The notes under the pieces are model-generated. The model was not told where the DNA came from and ran no database searches. It saw only the letters and a program-made list of their open reading frames with translations. A DNA stretch of 64,000 nt from Acidimicrobiia bacterium (GTDB lineage: Bacteria > Actinomycetota > Acidimicrobiia > Spongiisociales > UBA5794), in contig JALVQZ010000250.1 of assembly GCA_027036355.1 (NCBI GenBank), positions 3,596 through 67,595 of the forward strand, in the 5' to 3' direction. Of the stretch, positions 29,043-38,821 are shown piece after piece; positions within the stretch are counted from its first letter, which is position 1, and the number at the start of each line of letters is the position of its first letter. A program made the translations under genes and the position numbers.

Positions 29043-29250
29043 CGTCTTCCCTCCTTCGTTCCGCCCGACCTCGCGGTCGAGCCCCGTGAGGAACGGACGC
29101 TCGAGAGCTCGTGCGGTTGACGGCCACGCGAACCCCGTGACATCGCGTTCCAGCCAGTGCAGCCAAGCTGCGGCCATCGAGAGGATGTCATCCGAATGAA
29201 CGAGCGGGAATGGACTAAAGACCCTATTCCGAGGCGGAGATCGCGAGTCC

Positions 29251-29832
29251 CTATCCCGAGCCGGAGGTCGCGAACGGCGGTCCTTCGAGGAGGGGCTCCA
29301 TGATCTTCTCGAACGGCACTCCCAATGCCGTCGCCACCGTGGAGGTGTACTTCAACAGCGCCACCGTCGTGACCATCTCGACGACCTCGGCGTCGGTCCA
29401 TCCGAGCGAGCGCAGCTCGTCGACCATGTCGTCGGTGACCCCCGCCGGTCGGGCCGCGACCGTGCGAGCGAAGGCGAGGGCGGCGTTGCCCTTGTCGTCG
29501 AGACGGTCCGATCGGTCCCCGACGGCGATCGCCGCGCAGTCCTCGACGCTCCAGCCGAAACGGAACAGCGCCAGCATGTGGGCGGCGGTGCAGTAGTCGC
29601 ACTCGCCGGCGGCTGCGGTCACCACGAACATCGCCCGCTTCAGCTCCTCGCTCAGCGTGCCCTCCTTCATCGTCACCAAGCTCAGGTCCCACAGCGCGTT
29701 CGTCGTCTCCGGAAGGGGCGCCAACGCCTGCTGCAACGTCGGCACCATGCCGTAGTAGCCGGCGACCCGATCGAACACCTCCTTGGTGCGGCCCGTGGCC
29801 GTGGCGGGATCTTGCAAGGGCACTCTCGTCAT
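29251..29832 (-). CDS. Carboxymuconolactone decarboxylase / AhpD-like family protein (CxxC ECDYC)
   Basis: 193 aa from ATG 29832. ...FVVTAAAGECDYCTAAHM... is typical of AhpD-like peroxidase-related proteins. Confidence 0.65.
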   Translation of the reverse strand: MTRVPLQDPATATGRTKEVFDRVAGYYGMVPTLQQALAPLPETTNALWDLSLVTMKEGTLSEELKRAMFVVTAAAGECDYCTAAHMLALFRFGWSVEDCAAIAVGDRSDRLDDKGNAALAFARTVAARPAGVTDDMVDELRSLGWTDAEVVEMVTTVALLKYTSTVATALGVPFEKIMEPLLEGPPFATSGSG

Positions 29833-30767
29833 CGTTGGCTCCTGGTCTCGTCGGGTCCCGTCTCGACGGGAAGGTCCTCTCTGGCGGCCCACTCCTCCCA
29901 CGAGCCGTCGTACAACGCCGCGTCGTAGCCGAGGAGATGGAGAACGAACAGGTCGAACGCGCCGTACACGCCGCCGCCGCAATAGGTGATGATCCGTTCG
30001 CCGTCGCCGACGACGCCAGCCCACCGCTCGGCCAGCTCGGTGGGGGAGCGGAGCATCCAGGTGGCCGGGTCGAGGTTCTCGGGCGCCGGGACGTTCCGGG
30101 CTCCCGGGATGTGGCCGGCCCGAAGACCCGGATAGAGCGACACGTGCCCTGCGTAGAAGGGTTCCGGAAGCGCGTCCACGATCACGGTTCCCGGGTCCGC
30201 GATCGCCGCCATCACGTCGTCGACCTCGACCCGGAGGTCGGGACGGACTCGAGGGGTGAAGGAGGCGGTGAGCGGTTCGGGCCGGCCCGTTTCGACCGGG
30301 AGCCCCTCGTCGAGCCACCGCACGAAGCCGCCATCGAGGAGGCGCACCCGATCGTGTCCGTGGTAGCGAAGCGCCCACCACAGGCGCGCGGCCCACGTTC
30401 CGCCTTCGGTGTCGTAGATCACCACCTCGCGGTCGCTGCCGATCCCCGCCGACGCCATCTTGGCGGCGAAGGACTCCGGCGGCAGGATCCGGGTGGGATC
30501 GGCCGGATCGCGAAGTTCGTCGAGGTCGACGAAGACGGCGCCCGGGATGTGTCCGTCGGCGAACTCCGCCGCGCCCGGGACGGCTCGGAAGCGGCCACGA
30601 TCGTCGAGCTCGACCGTGTAGCGGGTGTCCACGATGGTCAGGTCGCCGGAGCCGAGCCGTTCGGCCAGCGCGGCAGGCGAGATCAACGCCGTATCGGCAT
30701 GGACGAACCCCTGGCCGGCCTGACCCTCCATGGGACGCAACGTAGGGCCGTCACCGGCAGACGTCAA
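29829..30767 (-). CDS. Two-domain rhodanese: 3-mercaptopyruvate/thiosulfate sulfurtransferase (active site CGGGV)
   Basis: Tandem rhodanese domains with catalytic Cys in ITYCGGGVYGAF. The stop overlaps the start of the AhpD-like gene. Confidence 0.8.
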   Translation of the reverse strand: MTSAGDGPTLRPMEGQAGQGFVHADTALISPAALAERLGSGDLTIVDTRYTVELDDRGRFRAVPGAAEFADGHIPGAVFVDLDELRDPADPTRILPPESFAAKMASAGIGSDREVVIYDTEGGTWAARLWWALRYHGHDRVRLLDGGFVRWLDEGLPVETGRPEPLTASFTPRVRPDLRVEVDDVMAAIADPGTVIVDALPEPFYAGHVSLYPGLRAGHIPGARNVPAPENLDPATWMLRSPTELAERWAGVVGDGERIITYCGGGVYGAFDLFVLHLLGYDAALYDGSWEEWAAREDLPVETGPDETRSQR

Positions 30768-30874
30768 CGACGCTCGGGCACCCCCGCGCCCTGAGCGCGA
30801 CGCTGTCAGATTTCCCGCCCATGGTCCGTATGCATCACATAGGATGGAACGGAATGCGGACCTGGGAGGGAACC

Positions 30875-33145
30875 ATGCGGCGTCGATCGATCCTGCTGGC
30901 GGTGGCGATGAGCCTCGCGTCGGCCATCGTGGCGGGTCCCGTCGGGGCGCAGCCGACCGGTCCGATCCCGTTGTCGGCGGTCCCGTGGGACAAGGTCTCG
31001 TCCACGCCCCCGATCCGTCAGCTCGAGATCCTCGGTTTCAACGAGACCGAGCAACGACTCATCAACTACGCCGGACACGAGGTCGCGGATCCTCAGGAGT
31101 ACCGGTTCGGTGACGACCCCGCCGGGGAGGCCACCTTGGATCTCCCCGGTACGAGGGTGGAACGGTTCGGCGCCATGCGATTCATGTGGGAGGGAACCGA
31201 ACGCATGCCGTTCTGGCCGGTCGACTCCCTCGTCGACGGTTCGACGGTGTTCCTGCGGTCGGGCGAGGGCATCATGCCGGGAGTGGAGTACACCCTCTTG
31301 TGGACGATGACGGAGCGTCCGTACGACCCGGTCGGCATGGAGTTCTTCGTCAACCAAGGCTTCGTCGTCAGTTTCCCGGGCGCTCCGGGCTGGCAGCCGC
31401 TCGATCAGTTCCCCGGCGACACATGGGACGGTGGTTACCGGATGCCGACCGTCCAGTACGGTCCCGACCCCTGGCGCCTGGACCTGTTCCGGACCGATCC
31501 CGAGACCGGGCAGTTCCCGTCCGACCAGTGTGACTGCATCGGGGCGATCGATGGCAACGTCTTCTTCCTGGTCATCCCCTCTCACCAACTCGCCAACACG
31601 GTCGCCGACTACGACATCGCCGACATGCGGATCGGCTACCACATCCACCATCACGATGGAACCTACGGCGCCACCGACGATTCGCTCTCGTACGTGTCGA
31701 CCTACCCCGAGATCCCCGGCCGGACCTATGACTCCCTTCTGCCGTTCGTCGTTTCGGACCCCATCACCGTGGGGACGACCACGGCGCCGGCTCCGACGAC
31801 CACGACCACCACCACGACCACGACCACGACCACGACGGTCGCGCCGACGACCACGCTCACGGCAACGGGAGACGCTACCGCCGGCGGCAGCGAAGGATCC
31901 GGTGGTTCCCTCCCGCTGCCGCTGATCTTCGTCGCCGTCGTGCTCCTGGTGATCTTCGGATGGTGGTGGTGGAACCGTCGCGGAAAGGGCGATGGGGCCG
32001 GCCCCGATGACGGGGAGGACCCCCGCGACCTACCGCCCCCAGCGGTCTATGGGGAGGAGCAAGAACACACGAGCTGTGACTGGCAGGTCTACTTCGTCGA
32101 CGCCAAGCGTGGTCGGGTGCCTCTGCGCAAGGTCGGCGTCGCCTCCCACGAATGTTGCAGCTACGTGATCGAGGTCGCCACCGAGACCCTCGAGCACGAA
32201 CAGGCGGCCCGAGGCCGACAGGACGCCGGCGACGAACGGCTCCGCATGCCCGACTTCGACTTCGCCTGGGACATGCTCGACCTCTCCGGTCACGCTTCCG
32301 CTCGGAGCGGTCCCCTCGGCCGGCAGGACTGGATGCACGGTGATGGAGACCCGATCGATCAACGAGCGCTGGGAACCGACACCGCGTACCTGCAGCGGTT
32401 CCAGGGACAGGAACCGCCCGACGTCGCTGCGCACCTCCTTCACCGAGAGGAGACGACGATCACGGTCGACCTGAACGCCGGATGCCCGGACCACGACAAC
32501 GAGTACACGCTGTTCGGTTCCGCAGAACTGTCCATGCTCGCCACCCAGGAGTGCACCAACGACGACCCTGCGGCCCCATGTCCGGTCGAGCTGAGTTCGG
32601 GCGGCTGGTACTACGGAAGGGTCGGCGACGACCTGGACGCCCAGGTGTGGGACGAGAACCTCGGGGATCTCGACGACCTCGAGCGGGGTTCCGACCAGCC
32701 GAGGTGGTACGAGTTGAGCCACCGGCACGTCGATGACCTGGCCCGGGAGAGGCCGACCTACGAGCACACCAGCCGCGACTCCGATAGGGCGACGATCCGC
32801 GCCGACTCCACGAAGGTCAGCGTCTACAGCTCGATCCTCGCCGATGCCGGTGTCGTCGTGCCCGTCGATGTCTGGCCGACCACCGAGCGAGTCACCGCAC
32901 ATCTCGAGGGCTCCTTGCACTACGGCATCGACGTGAAAGGCCGAATGGAAGCCGGCGCATGTGCCGAGACCTCCTGCGGCGGACACGGCGAGTGCCGATG
33001 TCGGCCGAGTTTCGAGCTGAGCATCACCGCGGGGTCCGCCACGATCGTGGTCGACGACACCGTCCACCACCTCCGCCGTCGACCACCGGCTGCGGATCGC
33101 AACGATCCTCCGACGCCAGGGACACAGCGGTGGGTGCTGGCATGA
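30875..33145 (+). CDS. Large single-pass membrane protein: secreted N-domain, poly-Thr linker, TM helix, Cys/His-rich cytoplasmic domain (hypothetical)
   Basis: ORF 30821..33145. Likely start ATG 30875 (MRRRSILLAVAMSLASAIVAGPVGAQ signal). Thr run TTTTTTTTTTTTTT, TM LPLPLIFVAVVLLVIFGWWWW, and a C-terminal domain of about 380 aa rich in Cys and His. Confidence 0.5.
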   Translation: MRRRSILLAVAMSLASAIVAGPVGAQPTGPIPLSAVPWDKVSSTPPIRQLEILGFNETEQRLINYAGHEVADPQEYRFGDDPAGEATLDLPGTRVERFGAMRFMWEGTERMPFWPVDSLVDGSTVFLRSGEGIMPGVEYTLLWTMTERPYDPVGMEFFVNQGFVVSFPGAPGWQPLDQFPGDTWDGGYRMPTVQYGPDPWRLDLFRTDPETGQFPSDQCDCIGAIDGNVFFLVIPSHQLANTVADYDIADMRIGYHIHHHDGTYGATDDSLSYVSTYPEIPGRTYDSLLPFVVSDPITVGTTTAPAPTTTTTTTTTTTTTTVAPTTTLTATGDATAGGSEGSGGSLPLPLIFVAVVLLVIFGWWWWNRRGKGDGAGPDDGEDPRDLPPPAVYGEEQEHTSCDWQVYFVDAKRGRVPLRKVGVASHECCSYVIEVATETLEHEQAARGRQDAGDERLRMPDFDFAWDMLDLSGHASARSGPLGRQDWMHGDGDPIDQRALGTDTAYLQRFQGQEPPDVAAHLLHREETTITVDLNAGCPDHDNEYTLFGSAELSMLATQECTNDDPAAPCPVELSSGGWYYGRVGDDLDAQVWDENLGDLDDLERGSDQPRWYELSHRHVDDLARERPTYEHTSRDSDRATIRADSTKVSVYSSILADAGVVVPVDVWPTTERVTAHLEGSLHYGIDVKGRMEAGACAETSCGGHGECRCRPSFELSITAGSATIVVDDTVHHLRRRPPAADRNDPPTPGTQRWVLA

Positions 33146-33237
33146 GACGACGGTCCCGGGTCCCTCCGCAAACGGGGGTCTGAGGTAGTCTGTGGCGACG
33201 GTCGGGGCGTCGGTCACATGGCTGAGAGGGGTCCGAG

Positions 33238-34167
33238 ATGCCGATGAGCCAGGATCATCGAAGCGAGGTCCCGGTCGCGTGGTCTCGGGGTCCCGGATGC
33301 CAGGAGCTGGCCACGATCCTCGGAGGGGCGTCGGCCGTCCAGGTCGACGGCGATCCCGTCGGGAGCTGCATCCGCACCCGCTCGTTGCTGATGGTCACCC
33401 GCAAGCTGTCGTCCTTCGACCTGTGCTCGGTCGCCGTCCCGACCGATTTCGACCCCGACGCCACCACCGAGGTCGTCGCCGCCGTCGGCAGCGGTCCGCA
33501 TTCGCCGCTCGCCGCGGCGATCGCCCTCCGACTCGGGTACCGCCTCGACGTTCCCGCCCGCGGGGTCTACGCGCACGGCGCGCCCGGGCCGGTACCGTCG
33601 GCCCGGAGGGTGCTCCCGGAGATCGTCGATCGGTTCCCCGCGCTGCAGGTCGAGGCCATCCACGCCCCCAGCCCGGCCGACATGGTCGACGCGCTCCCGG
33701 CCGGGGCGCTGCTGATCGTCGGCGCACCGGGCGGTTCGTGGTTCCAACGCCAGTTCTTCGGCCCCGGAGCCAGGATCCGGCACCGAGCCCCTTCGGGCAC
33801 GATCGTCGTCAAGGCGGCACCGCGGCGTGTCTACCAGGCGATGGAGCCGCCCCAGGCGTACGGGCCCCAGATGAGGGCCGGTGACGCCGTCGCCCTGGGT
33901 CTGGGGGACATCGTCGTGGCCGCAACCGGCACGCTCGTCGGCATCGTCTCGTCGGCGGATCTCCACCGGGCAGATCCCGACAGGGAACTCGCCGACCTCG
34001 TCGCGCACGCTCCGCACCTGGAACCCGACGAGCCGATGGACCACGCCATCGAGCTGTTCGCCGAGTCGAACACGGCGATCCTGCCCGTCGTCGATCGACG
34101 TGGCCGTCTCGTCGGGGTGCTCTACCGAGACGGCACCGGAGCGTCCGCCCTGCCCTGGGCGGGATGA
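33238..34167 (+). CDS. Universal-stress-protein-like plus CBS-domain protein
   Basis: The central region resembles a USP alpha/beta fold (LLIVGAPGGSWFQRQFFGPGARIRHRAPSGTIVV). The C-terminus is CBS-like (IVSSADL...ILPVVDRRGRLVGVL). Confidence 0.5.
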   Translation: MPMSQDHRSEVPVAWSRGPGCQELATILGGASAVQVDGDPVGSCIRTRSLLMVTRKLSSFDLCSVAVPTDFDPDATTEVVAAVGSGPHSPLAAAIALRLGYRLDVPARGVYAHGAPGPVPSARRVLPEIVDRFPALQVEAIHAPSPADMVDALPAGALLIVGAPGGSWFQRQFFGPGARIRHRAPSGTIVVKAAPRRVYQAMEPPQAYGPQMRAGDAVALGLGDIVVAATGTLVGIVSSADLHRADPDRELADLVAHAPHLEPDEPMDHAIELFAESNTAILPVVDRRGRLVGVLYRDGTGASALPWAG

Positions 34168-34177
34168 CCACCGCCGA

Positions 34178-34756
34178 TCAGGACTTCAGGGCCATGTTCA
34201 GGCAGACGTGGGTGAGGGGATCGAACCAGCCATCGACCTTCGGGTGGAGCTCGCAACCTTCTTCCAACTTCTCGACCGCCGCCCTCGTGCCCTTGCCGTA
34301 GTCACCGTCGATCGGCCCCGAGTACAGGCCGATCTCCTTCAGATCCTTCTGTAGGTCCTCGACGTAGTCCTTGTCCTTGGCCAGGGCCTTCGCCATCGCC
34401 AGGCCCGTCTGGGGACCGAACTCGCCGTCCACCTCGATGCCGGCGTCCTTCTGGAACGCCGTCACGGCGGCGGTCGTCACCGGGCCGTAGATGCCGTCGA
34501 TGACGTCGTCGAAATAGCCCAGGACCTCCAGGTCCTGCTGGACGGCGTACGTCAGGTCGGTCGCCTGCAGGGTCGGGTCGACCTTGGCGAGGGTCGTGCT
34601 GGTGGTCGACGTCGAGCTCGTCGTGGTCGTCGACGAGGTCGTGCTGGTGGGAGGCGCCGCCGTCGTGGTGGTGGTGTCGACCGATCCGCTCCCCGAACAC
34701 GCTGCCGCGACGAGCGCGGAACCGAAGACGAGAGCGAGTCTGCCCTTGATGCCCAT
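34178..34756 (-). CDS. Lipoprotein with two peptidoglycan-binding (PG_binding_1) repeats
   Basis: 192 aa from ATG 34756. Signal peptide and Cys (LVAAACSGS), a Thr/Ser-rich linker, then two LxxLGYxxxxIDGxxGxxTxxAVxxFQ repeats. Confidence 0.65.
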   Translation of the reverse strand: MGIKGRLALVFGSALVAAACSGSGSVDTTTTTAAPPTSTTSSTTTTSSTSTTSTTLAKVDPTLQATDLTYAVQQDLEVLGYFDDVIDGIYGPVTTAAVTAFQKDAGIEVDGEFGPQTGLAMAKALAKDKDYVEDLQKDLKEIGLYSGPIDGDYGKGTRAAVEKLEEGCELHPKVDGWFDPLTHVCLNMALKS

Positions 34757-34859
34757 CGACGCCTCCCGATCGCCTGACGACAGGCTAGTGCCCGCGTCCC
34801 CGCCCCTGCCGGGCGGGCGGCCCGGCGAGTCGGCGCACACGGCGGGTAGCCTTCCTCCG

Positions 34860-35654
34860 ATGGGGTGGATCCTGCTCACCAACGACGACGGTGTCGAAGC
34901 CCCCGGGCTGGTGGCGACCGCTCGCGCCCTGGCCGGCCTCGGGCCGGTTCGGGTCGTGGTTCCCGCCCAAGAGCGCAGCTGGGTCGGCAAGGCGATCAGC
35001 AGGTACGGGAGCCTGCAGGTCGCCCGCACCGAACGCGACGGCGTCGAGATCTGGACGTGCTCGGGCTACCCGGCCGACACGGTCCAGATCGCCGTCCACG
35101 ACCTCTTCGACGAACCGCCCTCGCTGGTCGTCTCGGGGATCAACGTCGGCTACAACCACGGCGCCGGGTTCGTCATGTCGTCGGGCACCGTGGGCGCCGC
35201 CGCCGAGGCCTGGGTCTCGGGGATCCCCGCCGTCGCGGTGTCGACCGGAACCGTGGCCGGCGACTGGCCCACCTGGCGCGCCCACGTCCATTCCGGGTCG
35301 GCCGTCGACGGCTGGGGGAGGCTCGCCGGGGAGGTGGCGAACCTCGTCGGTCTCGTCGTCGACGTGGGCCTGACCCGGCACGCCGATGTCGTCAGCATCA
35401 ACCTGCCGTTCGACACCGGTCCCGACACGCCGCGGAGGGTCACCGCGGTGGCGAGGGTCGGCTACGAGCGACTGTTCCGTCCCGACGGCCCGGGCACGTA
35501 CGTGCACGACTTCAGTGGCAGGCTCGTGCCGTTCGCCCCGCTCGACGGCACCGACGTCCAGGCCGCTCGTGACGGGGCCGTCTCGATCACCCCGCTCATG
35601 CTCCCCGCCGCCGGCGCCGTACCCGACGAGGTCAGACGGAAACTCGAGGGCTGA
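34860..35654 (+). CDS. surE: 5'/3'-nucleotidase SurE
   Basis: MGWILLTNDDGVEAPGL...SGINVGYNHG is the SurE signature. 264 aa. Confidence 0.85.
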   Translation: MGWILLTNDDGVEAPGLVATARALAGLGPVRVVVPAQERSWVGKAISRYGSLQVARTERDGVEIWTCSGYPADTVQIAVHDLFDEPPSLVVSGINVGYNHGAGFVMSSGTVGAAAEAWVSGIPAVAVSTGTVAGDWPTWRAHVHSGSAVDGWGRLAGEVANLVGLVVDVGLTRHADVVSINLPFDTGPDTPRRVTAVARVGYERLFRPDGPGTYVHDFSGRLVPFAPLDGTDVQAARDGAVSITPLMLPAAGAVPDEVRRKLEG

Positions 35655-35665
35655 CCGGCACGTTC

Positions 35666-36881
35666 ATGGACACCCCCCGGCCCGCCACCGCCGCCCTCGC
35701 CGCCGCGAGGCGCGGATGGTCCGTCGTTCCCGTTCACGGCATCGTCGACGGACGATGTACCTGCGGCCGCGACGGCTGCCCGTCCCCCGGCAAGCATCCT
35801 CGGATCCGGTGGAGAGCGTTCATGACCGAGCCGGCTTCCCCCGGGCAGGTGGGCGCCTGGTGGCGACGCTGGCCCGACGCCAACGTCGGCATCGTGACCG
35901 GGGTGGTGTCGGGCCTCGCCGTCGTCGACGTCGATCCTCGCAACGACGGCGACCGGACGCTCGACGAGCTCGAGGCAGGGTACGGGCCGCTGCCCGACAC
36001 CGTCGTGTCCCTCACCGGCGGCGGCGGCGAGCACCTCTGGTTCGAGGTGGGCGATCGACCCGTCCCGTCGGTCGTGCTCGGCGACGGAGTCGAGCTCAAG
36101 GCCGAAGGGGGCATGGTCGTCGCTCCGCCGAGTCGACACGTCTCGGGGGGCACGTACCGCTGGCTCAACGGCGCCGGACCCGACCGCCATCGGTTCGCTC
36201 CGCTACCGGACTGGATCGCCCACCTCGCCGGCGCCGGGTTCCGGCGGGGGAGCGCCGCCGGTGCGGCACCCCCCAGGACCGAAGCCGAGCAAGCCGAGTT
36301 CGCCGACACCTGGGCCCGGGTCGGGGTCGTGGTCGTCCCCCGGCGACAACTACTACCTGTGTCCGTTCCACGACGATCATCATCCCTCGCTCCACATCGA
36401 CGCCGAAGGATGCCGCTGGTACTGCTTCGCCTGCCGCATCGGGGGAGGCATCGGGGCGTTGCGGCGCAAGCTCGGCGATCGGGCGCCGACCCGCCCGCGT
36501 CGACGGCTGCGGGGCTGGGTCGGGCCGCAGCGGATGATCACCATCGTCGGCGACACCGAGATCGACGTCGTCGGCGAGTCCGACCACCAAGACGAGCTCC
36601 TCGAGTTGAGCGGGGGACGGCGGTCCTACGCCGGGGTCGAGCTGGACGCCGCCGCCGAACTGATCCCCGACGAGGAGGAACATCACCTGATCGAGGTCTG
36701 GATCGCGGATCGTCCGGTCGGTCGGCTCCGGTTCGAGGACGGGGCCCGTCTCCGTCACGTCGTCGACGAGGCCATCGAGCGGTTCGGCTCGGCGACCTGC
36801 CGGGCCCAGATCCGCGGCGGATGGGACCTCGGTGACGGCGACGTCGGCATGTTCGGCGTGGTCCTGTACTGCGACGGCTGA
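35666..36881 (+). pseudogene. Bifunctional primase-polymerase (PrimPol N-terminal domain) + CHC2 zinc finger gene, interrupted by a +1/-1 frameshift in a C5 run near 36340
   Basis: Frame A (35666..) carries the PrimPol_N domain (GWSVVPVHGIVDGRCTCGRDGCPSPGKHPRIRW...VDVDPRND...). After ...TWARVGVVVVP the frame A product turns into Arg-rich artefact. Frame B (36261..36881) continues with GDNYYLCPFHDDHHPSLHIDAEGCRWYCFACRIGG (zf-CHC2) and an extra C-terminal domain. The junction is gtcgtcccccggcgac. Confidence 0.6.
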
Positions 36882-36928
36882 GCGGGCATCTCGCATCGCG
36901 TAGAGTGGGGCGCCGGAGAGGAGGTGAG

Positions 36929-38821
36929 ATGCGAAAGGGACGCACACGGCTGACCGAACCGCTCGTCCGCGATGGCGACGGCTTCCGGACGGCAACCTGG
37001 GACGAAGCCCTCGATCGGGCCGCCGCCGGGTTCCGAGCCACCGTGGACACCCACGGCCCCACGGCGTTCGGGATGTTCTCGTGCTCGAAGGCGACCAACG
37101 AGATGAACTTCGTCGCCCAGAAGTTCGCCAGGGTCGCGATCGGCTCGAACAACATCGACAGCTGCAACCGCACCTGACACGCTCCTTCCGTCGTCGGTCT
37201 GGCGACAGTGTTCGGAGCGGGAGGCGGTACGAGCTCCTACGAGGAGATCGAGCACACGGATCTCATCGTCCTGTGGGGCTCGAACGCCCGCGCCGCGCAT
37301 CCGATCTTCTTCCACCACCTCCTGAAGGGCATCGACAACGGGGCCCGCATGATCGCCATCGACCCGCGGCGCACCGAATCGGCGGCCTGGGCGGACCTGT
37401 GGCTCGGCCTCGACGTCGGCACCGACATCGCGCTCGCCAACGCCGTCGGACGCGAGATCATCGCCGCCGGGCTCACCAACGACGACTTCATCGCTCGGGC
37501 CACCACCGGGTTCGACGCCTACGCCGAGGCGGTCGAGCCCTACACGCTCGAGCACGCGGCCGAGCTCACCGGCGTCCCCGCCGAAGCGATCCGGGAGCTC
37601 GCCCACGCGTACGCCAAGGCCCCGACCGCGCAGCTCTGCTGGACCCTCGGGATCACCGAGCACCACAACGCCTCCGACAACGTGTTCGCGCTCATCGACC
37701 TGGCGCTGCTCACCGGGCACGTCGGTCGGTACGGGTCGGGTCTCGTTCCGATCCGGGGCCAGAACAACGTCCAAGGGGGCGGCGACATGGGCGCCCTGCC
37801 GAACAAGCTCCCCGGCTTCCAGGACGTCGCCGACGACGACGCTCGCCGGCGCTTCGAGGAAGCGTGGGGATGCACCGTCCCCGCCGAGCCGGGCTGGCAT
37901 CTCTCCCAGATGTTCGAAGCGATGGAGCGCGGCGACCTGCGGGCGCTGTACGTGATCGGCGAGAACCCTGCCCAATCGGAAGCCGACGGCACGCGGGCCC
38001 GCCGGGCGCTCGAAGGACTCGACCATCTCGTCGTCCAGGACATCTTCCTCACCGCGACCGCCGAGCTGGCCGACGTGGTCCTCCCCGCCGGGGCCGCATG
38101 GGCAGAGTCGGAGGGAACCGTCACATCGTCCGAGCGTCGGGTCCAGCGGGTGCGGCGGGCCGTGCCGCCGCCGGGCAACGCCAGGGACGACACCGACATC
38201 ATCGTCGATCTGGCCCGCCGTCTCGGTCACGACTGGGGTCATCCCTCCGCAGAGGAGGTCTGGGACGAGCTGAGGTCGTTGTCGCCGATCCACGCCGGCA
38301 TGAGCTACCGGCGTCTCGAGGAGCTCGGCGGTCTCCGATGGCCGTGCCGGGACGAGGACGACCCCGGCGCGCTGTTCCTCCACGGCCGGCTCTGGGAGGA
38401 CCCGCCCCGCGGCCCGAAAGCCCCCTTCACGCCGGTCGAGCACGACCCCCCGAAGGACGAGCTGACCGACGACTTCCCGATCCGGCTCACCACCGGCCGG
38501 CATCTCGACTCGTACAACACCGGGGTCCAGTCCGGCCGGTACCGGTCGCCCCGCCGGACCGGCGGCACCATCGACCTGTCACCCGAAGACGCCGCTTCCC
38601 TGGGGCTCGCCGCCGGTGACCGGGCTCGGATCACGTCGCGGCGGGGAAGCGTCGTCGCCCCGGTGCGGATCGACCGGTCGTTGCGGCCCGGCTTGGCCTT
38701 CATGGCGTTCCACTACCCCGAGGACGTGGACACGAACCGGCTGACCTTGGACGAGTGGGACCCGAAGTCGGGAACGGCCGAGTTCAAGGCCACCGCGGTG
38801 CGCATCGAGAAGGAGGCCTAG
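36929..38821 (+). CDS. fdhA: Formate dehydrogenase catalytic (Mo-bisMGD) subunit with in-frame TGA at 37175-37177 (putative selenocysteine)
   Basis: ORFs 36905..37177 and 37208..38821 are in the same frame, separated only by TGA. The context is SCSKATNEMNFVAQKFARVAIGSNNIDSCNRT-TGA-HAPSVVGLATVFGAGGGTSSYEEIEHTDLIVLWGSN, which reproduces the FdhF/FdnG ...CARV-U-HGPSVAGL... selenocysteine motif. ATG 36929 follows ggagaggagg. The N-terminal Fe-S domain of typical alpha subunits is absent here. Confidence 0.7.
37178..37222 (+). promoter_or_regulatory. Candidate SECIS-like hairpin immediately 3' of the in-frame TGA
   Basis: CGCTCC (37180-37185) can pair with GGAGCG (37214-37219), enclosing further pairable segments (ccgtcg...cgacag). 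The fold was not computed. Confidence 0.3.

Noticed and set aside
36310-36835. C-terminal 170 codons of ORF 35666..36835 (RRRR... tail)
   Set aside because: Frameshift artefact. The real continuation (CHC2 zinc finger) is in the adjacent frame, 36261..36881.
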